Source: Armatimonadota bacterium
GTDB taxonomy: Bacteria; Armatimonadota; Armatimonadia; Armatimonadales; Armatimonadaceae
Direction: 5' to 3'
Length of the DNA stretch: 23,114 nt
Assembly: GCA_043754515.1 (NCBI GenBank)
Contig: JAYUUO010000276.1
Location: 1-23,114, forward strand
Shown: positions 1-8,486 of the stretch, piece after piece
Layout of the letters: each line of letters starts with the position of its first letter
Position numbering within the stretch: position 1 is the first letter of the stretch
Translations under genes and position numbers: made by a program
The notes under the pieces: generated by a model
Database searches by the model: none
What the model was told of the DNA's origin: nothing
Seen by the model: the letters and a program-made list of their open reading frames with translations, nothing else

Positions 1-22
1 CAACCGCCGTTCTCAATCGCAT
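1..22 (-). CDS. Possible 5' end of a gene running off the window edge (MRLRTAV...)
   Basis: Minus-strand ATG at 22-20 preceded by purine-rich GACAGAGGAA, co-oriented with the upstream operon. Only 7 codons are visible. Confidence 0.25.
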
Positions 23-191
23 TTCCTCTGTCTTTCTTGTGGTTTCCAAGCCAACGCGGATTACAATGCTTCGGCAAATATAGCCCGCTCAGGCTCGGAA
101 ACACGGGCGCACAGGTTTTTGCTCCGCAAAATACCGAGTCAGTCCGCCTAACGTCTTCTGTCGCTGTCACGCCTCGACAAACCGCCGCGCT

Positions 192-1925
192 TTAGCCGGT
201 AGTCACTGACGGTTTTGCCTTCGCGGCGGGAACAACCGGCGTCGGTTTCGCGGCGGTGGCTGGCGGCTTTGGAACTGGCTTTGACACGGGGAAGGACGGC
301 GACATCGGTATGCTACCTGAGGAGAGCGCGGTTTTCGGCACCACCGATAGCGGCTGACCGACGACGCCCGCGAGCAGATGTACCTCCGCGCCCCCATTGC
401 CCTGGAAATACTCGAGCTTGATCGGCACGCGTTGACCAGCCTTCAAAGGAATCGGCTCTTTCGTCACGACTTGCGTTGTCGCGTGCGGCAACCAATCGTC
501 AATCACGAGTTTGTTGTCTAGCCAGAGCCGCGTGCCGTCGTCGGCGCGGGTCGCGAAAAGATACGCCCCGGCGACCGGTGCCGCGTAATACCCTTCCCAG
601 CGCACCGAGAAATCCTCGCGGCCGACGCCCGGCGCGGGCGGGTTCGTCGCGTAATCGAAGTCAATGAGGGCGTCGAGTCTGCGCACTGTCGCTGGCCCGC
701 TCAGATCTCTGTTGGCGTAGTAAGACGCCGCTAGCCCTGCTCTGGCGGGGAGTGACGGCACGATTATGGCGGGGAATGTCCACATCGTCAGGCCCTTCTC
801 GGCGTCGTAGACGCGGACGTGCCCGTCGAGCGACGCCGAGGCGATCCGCTTGCCGTCGGGAGACACCGCGACCCCCCAGATGTCCTTCGTCGCGTCTGCC
901 CACTCGCGCAGTTTGACGCCGCCGGGGTTCCACTGGATCACTTTGTTATCCGCGCCGCCAGACACGAAGAACTGATCTGTCGCGGACGTCGCCACCGCGT
1001 AGACGCCGCCCTCGTGCGCCATGATGTCGCGCTCGACGTAACTACCGCGCGGTTGCGGCTCGCCCGGCTGCGGCACGATGGGCACTTTTTTGCCGTCCGG
1101 GAGTTGTCGCTCCCGCTCCGTGTAAACATTGTCCCAGCGCAGATGCCCGTCCGCGCTCCCCGCGAGGAACCGGCCGGGGCGCGCGAACGCCGCGACGCTC
1201 CAGACCGGCCCCGTCGCCTGATCGAAGTTAACCACGACGCGCCGCTTGTCAGCGTCCCAAACCTTGACCATGTTGTCCGAGCCGGACGTCACGAAGATAT
1301 TGCCGCCGTCCGCGTCGCTGGTCCTGGACGGCACCACGACCGAAAGACAACGCCCGACATGCTCGCGGAGCGTGCCAATGGTCTTGCCGGTGGTCAAAGA
1401 CGAAATCGTTACCGTCTCGTCGTCGGCGGCGGAGAGTAGCAGATCGCCCGAGAACGCGACCGATTCCACCGTGTCGGCGTGGTCAGAAAGCGTCCGCGCT
1501 AGTTTGCCCGTCGCCGCGTCAATGACGGCGATGGTGCCGCCCGCCGCCGGGACCCCGCCACCCGCCGCGATCCGTTTGCCATCGGGCGAGAACGCCACGG
1601 TGCGCACCGCGTCCTTGCCCACGATATACCGGGCGACTTGCTTCCCGGTCTCCGCGTCATAGAGCGCGACATACTTGTACCCGCCGACCGCGAGCCACTT
1701 GCCATCGGGCGAGAACGCGACGGCGTAGACTGGAGTGGTGGCTGAGACGGGACGGTAACCCGAAACCTTATTCCCGGCTTTCATCGCATCGCCACGCGTG
1801 GTAGCGAGCGTGATCTTCACGAGCGGCGGGGGCGCGGCACCGTGTGCCGCGCCCACTAGTAGCGCGATAAGCACTACGTTGACAACGATCGATCCCGTCC
1901 GCCCCATGCCACGGCGTATAATCAC
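192..1925 (-). CDS. Secreted WD40 beta-propeller protein with C-terminal PA14 domain and Pro/Ala/Lys-rich tail
   Basis: Hydrophobic signal (IVVNVVLIALLVGAAHG). About 7 WD40 repeats (VAFSPDGK, SGSDNMVKVWD, SASLDGHVRVYD). PA14 motifs FSVRWEG, ADDGTRLWLDNKLVIDDW and IKLEYFQGNGGA. The GTG start overlaps the upstream TGA (GTGA). Confidence 0.9.
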   Translation of the reverse strand: MIIRRGMGRTGSIVVNVVLIALLVGAAHGAAPPPLVKITLATTRGDAMKAGNKVSGYRPVSATTPVYAVAFSPDGKWLAVGGYKYVALYDAETGKQVARYIVGKDAVRTVAFSPDGKRIAAGGGVPAAGGTIAVIDAATGKLARTLSDHADTVESVAFSGDLLLSAADDETVTISSLTTGKTIGTLREHVGRCLSVVVPSRTSDADGGNIFVTSGSDNMVKVWDADKRRVVVNFDQATGPVWSVAAFARPGRFLAGSADGHLRWDNVYTERERQLPDGKKVPIVPQPGEPQPRGSYVERDIMAHEGGVYAVATSATDQFFVSGGADNKVIQWNPGGVKLREWADATKDIWGVAVSPDGKRIASASLDGHVRVYDAEKGLTMWTFPAIIVPSLPARAGLAASYYANRDLSGPATVRRLDALIDFDYATNPPAPGVGREDFSVRWEGYYAAPVAGAYLFATRADDGTRLWLDNKLVIDDWLPHATTQVVTKEPIPLKAGQRVPIKLEYFQGNGGAEVHLLAGVVGQPLSVVPKTALSSGSIPMSPSFPVSKPVPKPPATAAKPTPVVPAAKAKPSVTTG

Positions 1926-3337
1926 GTTAACGCCTGCTCGACTGGTCGGCCGCCGCGCGACAGGGTGATCCGTACTCCCTCCGGCGACGAGATGCTCTGC
2001 GTGTAGTCAATCCCGAGACACGAATAGATCGTCGCCGATAGATCCTCCGGCTTGACCGGGCGTTCCGACGGCTCGAACCCCTTGCTGTCCGACGCACCGA
2101 CAACCGTCCCGCCCTTGATCCCGCCGCCCGCAAGTAGCACCGAGAAACAGCGCGAGTGGTGATCCCGCCCGCCGTCGCGGTTGATGACGGGGGACCGCCC
2201 GAACTCGCCGACCACGAATACCAGCGTTGACTTCAGCAGGCCATGCCCGTCCAGATCGCTCAGAAACGTCGCGAGGGCGCGGTCGAACGTGGGCAGGGTG
2301 CCGCCTTTGAGCGAGTTGAACGCGTTCGCGTGCGTATCCCAGCCGCCCGTGTTGACGGAGACGAAGCGCACCCCGCCCGCGATCAACCGGCGCGAGAGCA
2401 GGAGGCTTTGCCCGAGCGTGTTATGGCCGTACGCTTCGCGCAGTTCGGGCTTCTCTTTAGTCAGATCGAACGCGGCGCGGGCGTCCTCGGAGGCGAGCAG
2501 TTTGTACGCCTGATCGTAAAACGAATGCACGGTGCGGGCGCGGTCGGAGCCTTTCTCGAACCGCGAAAACGCAGAGTCTACCGCGTCGCGCAGACTACGC
2601 CGCCGATCCATCCGCTCCTTGGTCACGCCGCCCGGTAGCTCCAGATCGCGCACTTTGAAGTTGCCATCGTTCGGGTCGCCCCCCGGCGAGAACGGGTCGA
2701 GTGCTGCGCCCAGGAACCCCGCGCCGCCGTACATGACGGGCGACGGCACAGCGATATACGGCGGGATCGCGCCGCGCCGCGTCAACTGTTGCGCCGCGAC
2801 CGAGCCGTAGGACGGCACGGCGAAGCCGGGGAGCGGCTCGAAACCGGTCATCAGGTAATGCGTCCCGCGCTCGTGCGCGGCCTCGGCGGAGGTCACGGAG
2901 CGCACGATGCAGTACTTGTCCGCTTGCTTGGCGAGCATCGGCAAGTGCTCGCTGATGCGGATGCCCTTGACGTTCGTCTCGATGGGGTTGAACACGCCGC
3001 GAATCTCGCGCGGGGCGTCCGGCTTGAGGTCGAACGTGTCGAGGTGCGACGGGCCGCCGCCGAGCCAGATCAGCACGCAACTCTGCGCGGTCGCTCCGCT
3101 TCCCGCGACGGCGATGGGGGACTGCGTAGCGGGCACTTCCTTCTTAGCGGGAGTCGCGGCGTTTGCGCCCTGCGTCAGGGCGAACAGGTCGGTCAGCCCG
3201 AGGCCCATCGCGGAGAGTAGCCCGACGCGCACGCCGGAGCCGAGCAGGTCGCGCCGGGTCATCCCCGCGCCGGTCAGGAGGCGGTTATACTCCGAACAGG
3301 CGTTCGGGTCGAATTCGTTGTTGGTTTCTTCGGTCAT
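1922..3337 (-). CDS. DUF1501 family protein with twin-arginine (Tat-like) leader
   Basis: Motifs LIWLGGGPSHLDTFDLKP, GGWDTH and GEFGRSPVINRDGGRDH. Leader MTRRDLL. Start moved to ATG 3337, which has AAGGA upstream and an ATGA overlap with the upstream ORF. Confidence 0.92.
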   Translation of the reverse strand: MTEETNNEFDPNACSEYNRLLTGAGMTRRDLLGSGVRVGLLSAMGLGLTDLFALTQGANAATPAKKEVPATQSPIAVAGSGATAQSCVLIWLGGGPSHLDTFDLKPDAPREIRGVFNPIETNVKGIRISEHLPMLAKQADKYCIVRSVTSAEAAHERGTHYLMTGFEPLPGFAVPSYGSVAAQQLTRRGAIPPYIAVPSPVMYGGAGFLGAALDPFSPGGDPNDGNFKVRDLELPGGVTKERMDRRRSLRDAVDSAFSRFEKGSDRARTVHSFYDQAYKLLASEDARAAFDLTKEKPELREAYGHNTLGQSLLLSRRLIAGGVRFVSVNTGGWDTHANAFNSLKGGTLPTFDRALATFLSDLDGHGLLKSTLVFVVGEFGRSPVINRDGGRDHHSRCFSVLLAGGGIKGGTVVGASDSKGFEPSERPVKPEDLSATIYSCLGIDYTQSISSPEGVRITLSRGGRPVEQALT

Positions 3338-3927
3338 GTCGGTTGTCCTTCCACGTCGTCGCGCGTCCACCAGCGCGGTTCGTCATACGTTTCTCGTTTC
3401 GCGGCGTATTGCGCGTAATCTGCGAGGAAGGACGCCACCTTTTCCCGCTTCCAGCGCATCAGAATGGCCCACTCCCCCGCCGGAATCTCGGGGAGCGGAT
3501 TCGATTCGTCCAGGTCCCGCATCCAGCGGCCCCCCGCCCTGTGAATCCGCATAACGGTTTGTGGCGAGAGACCCCTGACCCTTACGCGGGAGCGGGAGTC
3601 GGCTCGCGTCATCCGCATTTCGACATACTCGTCGCGCGAGAGGCGGCGGTAGGTAACCTCGAACGGCACATGATCCCGATTCGGCTCCGCGGGCGGTCGG
3701 GCGGTGGGCGGCACTACGGCCGCCGCCGACGGGCGAACCGACGCCGCGCGAGCCGGTTCCGGCGCCCCGGCTGACGCCGTCCGTGGCAAGCCGATCGCTG
3801 TCGCGACGCCAATTTGCGCGTAAATGGCCAGCAGTTCGCGCCGCGTCAGGCGTTCCCCCGCCAGCGGATCGGACGTGTTCATGTGTTCATTATCCATGTT
3901 TTTCAGCGGACGGCATGAGCGGGTCAA
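3334..3927 (-). CDS. Hypothetical protein: Tat-like leader, Pro/Ala linker and HhH-like C-terminal domain (start TTG 3927 or ATG 3897)
   Basis: LTRRELL followed by a hydrophobic stretch ending ASA. 4-nt overlaps with both neighbours. The C-terminal domain aligns without gaps to the 3924-4277 product. Confidence 0.65.
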   Translation of the reverse strand: MTRSCRPLKNMDNEHMNTSDPLAGERLTRRELLAIYAQIGVATAIGLPRTASAGAPEPARAASVRPSAAAVVPPTARPPAEPNRDHVPFEVTYRRLSRDEYVEMRMTRADSRSRVRVRGLSPQTVMRIHRAGGRWMRDLDESNPLPEIPAGEWAILMRWKREKVASFLADYAQYAAKRETYDEPRWWTRDDVEGQPT

Positions 3928-4277
3928 TATCCTACGAACCGCGCTTCCGGCCTACGGAATCTCAGGCGATGTTGCGTCGCGAACTGTTGTCTTAATTTGG
4001 CACACCATGCCTGTGTGATCTGCTTTTCCCGATCCCCAATTTCACCCGCGTAGTCATAACTTTCGAGGTCTTTCGCGGTTTTGATACCCGCCGTCCGCAG
4101 AGTCTTCAGACCGCGTATCGTGACTCCCGGCTGTTGGAGGATCGCACTTATGCGCAGAGAGGCCATGCCCGCGTGGACAAACTCATCCACTGCGCTGATT
4201 CGGTTCTCGGTTCGAGACGCGACAGGGTCGTTAACGACGGCACCTGCTTCCATCGCTTCCGAACGTTTTTGCATCAT
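3924..4277 (-). CDS. Small hypothetical protein with helix-hairpin-helix-like domain
   Basis: PGVTIRGLKTLRTAGIKTAKDL...EIG...W resembles the HhH 'pGIG....LxxxGIxTxxDL' pattern. ATGA overlap with the upstream gene. Confidence 0.65.
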   Translation of the reverse strand: MMQKRSEAMEAGAVVNDPVASRTENRISAVDEFVHAGMASLRISAILQQPGVTIRGLKTLRTAGIKTAKDLESYDYAGEIGDREKQITQAWCAKLRQQFATQHRLRFRRPEARFVGY

Positions 4278-5056
4278 GTGTGTACTCCTTCGACACCAAT
4301 CCGCGGAGGCAACGGCATCTCTAGGGTAATGCCGTCATTTACCATGGTGTTTCCGTCATCTGCATCAGTACTCCCGAGACAATTCTCATACAAACGCGCG
4401 ACACACAAATAGAGCAGAGGGGTGGTGACAAAGACGCCCAAATAAAATAGAACTGCTCCCGATATGGACATCAGTCCCGCTATGGTCACGAACAAGGTGG
4501 CGGCTAGCCAATGTTTTCTGAGAGCCGACCAACTTCTTTTGAACGAATTGCGAGCACCCTCCCCGTGCTCCAGTGCTATAGGAACCGTCAGTATACCCAA
4601 CATCGCCACAACGAACGCGGGCAGAACTAATGCCACGGCAGACACTACAACCGCGATCTGGTACACCGTATTTGCTAGCATCGCGCGCACGGTGTTCTCG
4701 CCACGGAACAGGTCAGCCAGATTGAAACGCTCGCCATGAACCTGCTTAAGCGCGGCGCGGTACAAACCTACCGTAAAGAACGAGTTTACGATTGTCATCA
4801 GGAGGCATAACACAGACACGCCGATTACCTACGACACCTTGTAATGAGTCGGATCGCTGTTGGCATTCGGACCCAAGTCGAGTGCCCGGAACGGAACCTG
4901 TAACCTTCCGATTATGTAGCCACCGACGTTGTAGACCGTAGTCAGGAGAAGCCACATCCAAAAGCGGTCGAACAGCAGTCGCCAGGACTTCCCGTACACG
5001 TTGAAGTTGGGGTTCTCCGCGATCTTCGGGTTAGGGTCGTTTATCTTGGTAGACAT
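4274..5056 (-). pseudogene. Multi-pass membrane protein (about 260 codons, DUF975-like topology) interrupted by an in-frame TAG at 4829-4831
   Basis: ORFs 4829-5056 and 4274-4819 are in the same frame and read ...HYKVS*VIGVSVLCLL... The internally repeated motifs (YGKSWRLL...W and FKRSWSALRKHW) are typical of one protein. Confidence 0.75.
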
Positions 5057-5113
5057 CTTGTTCTATTGTCTTCTCGCATCTATCTGTCTTTAAGCCGTGT
5101 CGCGCGTGACCTT

Positions 5114-6565
5114 CTAAAGTCGCTTGCGCCACTCGTTTAAGCCGAGAAATATCACTTCGTCGAGCCACTGCTTATATCGGGTCAATACATCAGCTTCTTC
5201 CTCGTTATAGGCAAACGAGAATGGCTCGCGGGTGATGCTTACTGCTTCAGATCTGGTGGTGAAAATAGCGAGGGCAACGAGTACCCCGGTGAACGGCTTT
5301 CCCAACCCATGAACGTGTACGGTTATTCGAGTCAGGTTCTCGTCATTGATAGTCAGATTTTGTACCACATTGGCTACGGATGTGTCTGGAACATACCCAT
5401 ACTCTCTCGCTACGCGAGGAATTAGATCAGACCATACACTCTGTTGGTCTTGATAGCTAAGTGAGTATGAATCAGGGTGTCCCGAAGGAAAAACTGCCCT
5501 GATCCCCCTGGTGACAACATCAAACTCCAATCCTGTTGCAAAGACCAATTCCTTCGATAGTTTGAAAACGTAATCCATCCTATTCTCGCCGCTCGTAACG
5601 TCGCGTGATGCTAGCTTCTCTTTTATCGCCGAGAACATCGCCTCCCGGTTGGTGCCCGCGTTTGTCGGCGACATTAATCCGGCGTCGGAAAGACTTAACG
5701 CCTGTAATATTCGTCGCTTCTGCATCCCAGCGAACAGCACCACGAGCGGCGACAGGTCGCCCGCGTCCGCGCTCTCCAACGCCCCTATGTACGCAGTTCG
5801 GTCGTCCCGTGTAACCACGAGCGGGAACCAGCCCGCTCGCAAAAACACGAGTGACGCCAGCACCCGCGCCACGCGCCCGTTGCCGTCCTGGAACGGGTGT
5901 ATCTGTGTAAACCGGTGGTGCAGCCATGCCGCTTCCACCTCCGGTGACACTCCCACTTCGTCGTGTTCGCCGTGTAGTGCGACGAGACGATCCATCTCCG
6001 CCGCGGCGTGTTCCGGCGGCGCGTACTGGTGGATGCCGCCGTCCGGGCGCGTCGGGCTATTTGCCAACTGCTTCCAGTCGCCGCGAATCAGGTCAACGTC
6101 CACGCGCCGCCCGAGCGCGTCAATCGCCTCCGTGGTCGGTTGGTGTTGCGTCAGCGCGGCGTGGACCTCTTTGATGTAGCTGGTAGACAGGTCGCGTTGC
6201 CGCCCGATGAAGTCAAAAATGCCCTCCAGCGTGGACTGGTGATCGTTCAGGATATCCACGATGCGCCCCGCCGGTTTGTCGGTCGCGCCGTGCGGTATCA
6301 AACTCGCTATAATCCCCTGTTCGATCAGCACCCGCGTCGTGCCGCGATCTATGGTGTACAGCCCCTCGATAATGCCGGTCTCGATAGCCCATTCCCGCGC
6401 CAGTCGCTCATTGAACTGCTTGAGTGCCGCGCTGTTCTTCAGCACCGTGTCGCGCCGCTCCTGCCAGATAGCCGCGAAGCTTTGCACATCCGTCGCGGCG
6501 AGCATACGCCAATTCTCGGGCAAATCGTCTATCGGCTGCCAACCGCCGCTCGTGTCAGGCGACAA
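5114..6565 (-). CDS. Fic/Fido family AMP-transferase, class II (N-terminal autoinhibitory helix), with unknown C-terminal domain
   Basis: Canonical HPFQDGNGRVAR catalytic motif. (S/T)xxxE(G/N) motif TGIIEG. TTG start with GGGAG 7 nt upstream. Confidence 0.92.
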   Translation of the reverse strand: MSPDTSGGWQPIDDLPENWRMLAATDVQSFAAIWQERRDTVLKNSAALKQFNERLAREWAIETGIIEGLYTIDRGTTRVLIEQGIIASLIPHGATDKPAGRIVDILNDHQSTLEGIFDFIGRQRDLSTSYIKEVHAALTQHQPTTEAIDALGRRVDVDLIRGDWKQLANSPTRPDGGIHQYAPPEHAAAEMDRLVALHGEHDEVGVSPEVEAAWLHHRFTQIHPFQDGNGRVARVLASLVFLRAGWFPLVVTRDDRTAYIGALESADAGDLSPLVVLFAGMQKRRILQALSLSDAGLMSPTNAGTNREAMFSAIKEKLASRDVTSGENRMDYVFKLSKELVFATGLEFDVVTRGIRAVFPSGHPDSYSLSYQDQQSVWSDLIPRVAREYGYVPDTSVANVVQNLTINDENLTRITVHVHGLGKPFTGVLVALAIFTTRSEAVSITREPFSFAYNEEEADVLTRYKQWLDEVIFLGLNEWRKRL

Positions 6566-6729
6566 CGCAGAACTCCCGAGCGGGGGGTACCGCCTGTGTG
6601 CGAGTGGTCTGGCAGTTGTCCCGAAAAATAATCATGGAATCTCCGTCGTTTCCTTCGCGTTGGAACTAGTGCGCGGGGACACGCTCTGACCCGCCTTCCA
6701 GCCACGACCGTAGGTTCACTATTCTATCT

Positions 6730-6755
6730 GACGCACGCCCTTACAGGTAGGTTCA
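6730..6755 (-). promoter_or_regulatory. Putative ECF-sigma-type promoter upstream of fic (TGAACC-N16-CGTC)
   Basis: Minus strand reads TGAACC tacctgtaagggcgtg CGTC. TGAACCTAC recurs at 6710-6718. Confidence 0.3.
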
Positions 6756-6786
6756 GTTCTTCTTTCGCGCCGTCTTGACAAGCGCG

Positions 6787-7272
6787 TTACAGCGTCACGT
6801 CCTGGGCAGAGGCGTTTATCACCGGCGGGTGTTGCCCGTCCCGCATCAGGATGCCGCGCAACGCCACCGATGCGACGCGGTTTAAGTTGAGTAGCGCGAC
6901 AGTGGCGCGTCTGACGGTAGTAATACCTTCGATCAGCAAGATATTGCCCAGGCTAAATTGAAAATGCTCGCCCCAACGTTGTGATCGAGGGTGAAAAAGA
7001 TCCACTACCTCGCGGGTTTCAGGATCAACCCATGATGTCCATATGCCTTTGGCACCGTTACAGTAGCCACAGGACCACGCGAAATTATCCAGCGAGTTGG
7101 CTCCCCCTTTCGAGGACGGCACTATGTGCTCTACCTGAAAGGGCGCGGACGAAATATTATCCGGGGCGAGGCAGTATTCGCAACGGTTCGAGGCGCGGTC
7201 CTCGACGATTCTGCGCACCGATAGCTGGTTCTGATATCTAGGCATGCTAGGTCTTATACAGAAGACCATCAC
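6787..7272 (-). CDS. HNH endonuclease with two CxxC zinc knuckles
   Basis: RCEYC...VEHIVPSSKGGANSLDNFAWSCGYCNGAKG, plus the C-terminal LFHPRSQRWGEHF motif typical of this standalone HNH group. Confidence 0.92.
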   Translation of the reverse strand: MMVFCIRPSMPRYQNQLSVRRIVEDRASNRCEYCLAPDNISSAPFQVEHIVPSSKGGANSLDNFAWSCGYCNGAKGIWTSWVDPETREVVDLFHPRSQRWGEHFQFSLGNILLIEGITTVRRATVALLNLNRVASVALRGILMRDGQHPPVINASAQDVTL

Positions 7273-7275
7273 CCC

Positions 7276-7710
7276 TCAGGAGGAGCGGTAGCGATCCGAT
7301 AGCTCCCGCGCCATCGGATGGTGCCCGATCTTGTTATGCCGCATGAACTCGGTGACCGTCACGCTCCGCTTCTTCGTCATCTCCATGACCACGGTCAAAC
7401 GCCGCGTGTTCCACTCCTCGGATCGTGCCCCAAGCTCAAGGGCTTCGTCCCGCTCCTCGCTGGTGGCGTCCGTTCGCGCTTTTTGTTGCAGGAAGTAGTA
7501 GCGGAGCCAGAAGTCGCGCGACAACTCGGCGTTCAGATCGCCGATCACGCGACGCTCCTCGGGCGTCAGCGTCATGCCGGTCGTGACGCGGGGGCGGAGG
7601 CGGTCAACCGCGATGGTTCGCAGGTACTCCTCCGGCGTCATCTGGCGGCGTGACGCCCGCGCCCGTAGTCTGGTTTCCAGTTCGGGCGGTAGATCCAGTG
7701 TGATAGGCAT
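7276..7710 (-). CDS. Small protein with N-terminal ribbon-helix-helix/antitoxin-like domain
   Basis: MPITLDLPPELETRLRARASRRQMTPEEYL shows a beta-alpha-alpha pattern. AGGAGG RBS. Stop lies 3 nt before the HNH start. Confidence 0.7.
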   Translation of the reverse strand: MPITLDLPPELETRLRARASRRQMTPEEYLRTIAVDRLRPRVTTGMTLTPEERRVIGDLNAELSRDFWLRYYFLQQKARTDATSEERDEALELGARSEEWNTRRLTVVMEMTKKRSVTVTEFMRHNKIGHHPMARELSDRYRSS

Positions 7711-7825
7711 AGTCGTCTCTCGCCTCCTATTTTACCACCGCCGCGCAATATATTCGGGCAGGAAATACCGACCGGCGCGGCGAAACCAACCGGCGAAATC
7801 ATTTACATTTCGGGGGGAGTTAACG

Positions 7826-8461
7826 ATGGCAAGCACTGACGGCAAGGGGCGACTTTTACTGGTTCGGCACACTGAATCGGCGTGGAATAAACTCAACGTA
7901 TTTACCGGTTGGGTGGATGTGCCGCTCTCCGACAACGGCCGCGCCCACGCGCTACGGGTCGGCGAGGCGATGCGGGGGCTGTTTAACGTGGACAAGGCGT
8001 ACACGTCGAGTCTGGTTCGCGCGCAGGAAACGCTCCGACTCGTCATGGAAGGCGCGGGCATCTCCGGCGTCGAGGTAGTAGAGGACTGGCGCATCAATGA
8101 GCGGTACTACGGCGGCTGGCAGGGCAAGAACAAAACCGAGACGGCGGCGAAATACGGCGACGACGCGGTACACGCGGTGCGCCGCGGCTATGCCACCCGC
8201 CCGCCCGGCGGCGAGTCGCTCGAAGACACTTGCGACCGCGTTCTCCCCTACTTCGACGAGACCATCGAGCCGGAACTCGCGGCAGGGAAGACGATCCTGA
8301 TCGCGGCGCACGGCAACTCGCTCCGCGCTCTGGCGAAGAAACTGCTGAGCCTGTCCGACGAGGCGGTCCCGAAGTTCGAGATCGGGAACGGCGAGTTGCT
8401 GGTGTTCCGCTACGAGGGCAACGGCACCTACGCGCGCGAGGACGCGCCGCAGGCGGCGTAG
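7826..8461 (+). CDS. gpmA: 2,3-bisphosphoglycerate-dependent phosphoglycerate mutase (short form, 211 aa)
   Basis: LLLVRHTESAWN...FTGWVDVPLS, INERYYGGWQGKNK, GESLEDT and IAAHGNSLRAL. ATG 7826 with GGGGAG RBS. Confidence 0.92.
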   Translation: MASTDGKGRLLLVRHTESAWNKLNVFTGWVDVPLSDNGRAHALRVGEAMRGLFNVDKAYTSSLVRAQETLRLVMEGAGISGVEVVEDWRINERYYGGWQGKNKTETAAKYGDDAVHAVRRGYATRPPGGESLEDTCDRVLPYFDETIEPELAAGKTILIAAHGNSLRALAKKLLSLSDEAVPKFEIGNGELLVFRYEGNGTYAREDAPQAA

Positions 8462-8486
8462 CGCGTTGTGACATTCGGAATGGGGA

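Noticed and set aside
1576..1718. Identical 20-nt repeat (1576-1595 and 1699-1718)
   Set aside because: It simply encodes AFSPDGK in two WD40 blades.
4829..4831. Pyrrolysine or genome-wide TAG recoding
   Set aside because: TAG terminates several normal genes here and no pyl genes are present in the window.
6555..6635. 26-codon minus-strand ORF with GGAG RBS upstream of fic as an antitoxin or leader
   Set aside because: It lacks the (S/T)xxxE(G/N) motif, and Fic has its own inhibitory helix and RBS. There is no support beyond the RBS.
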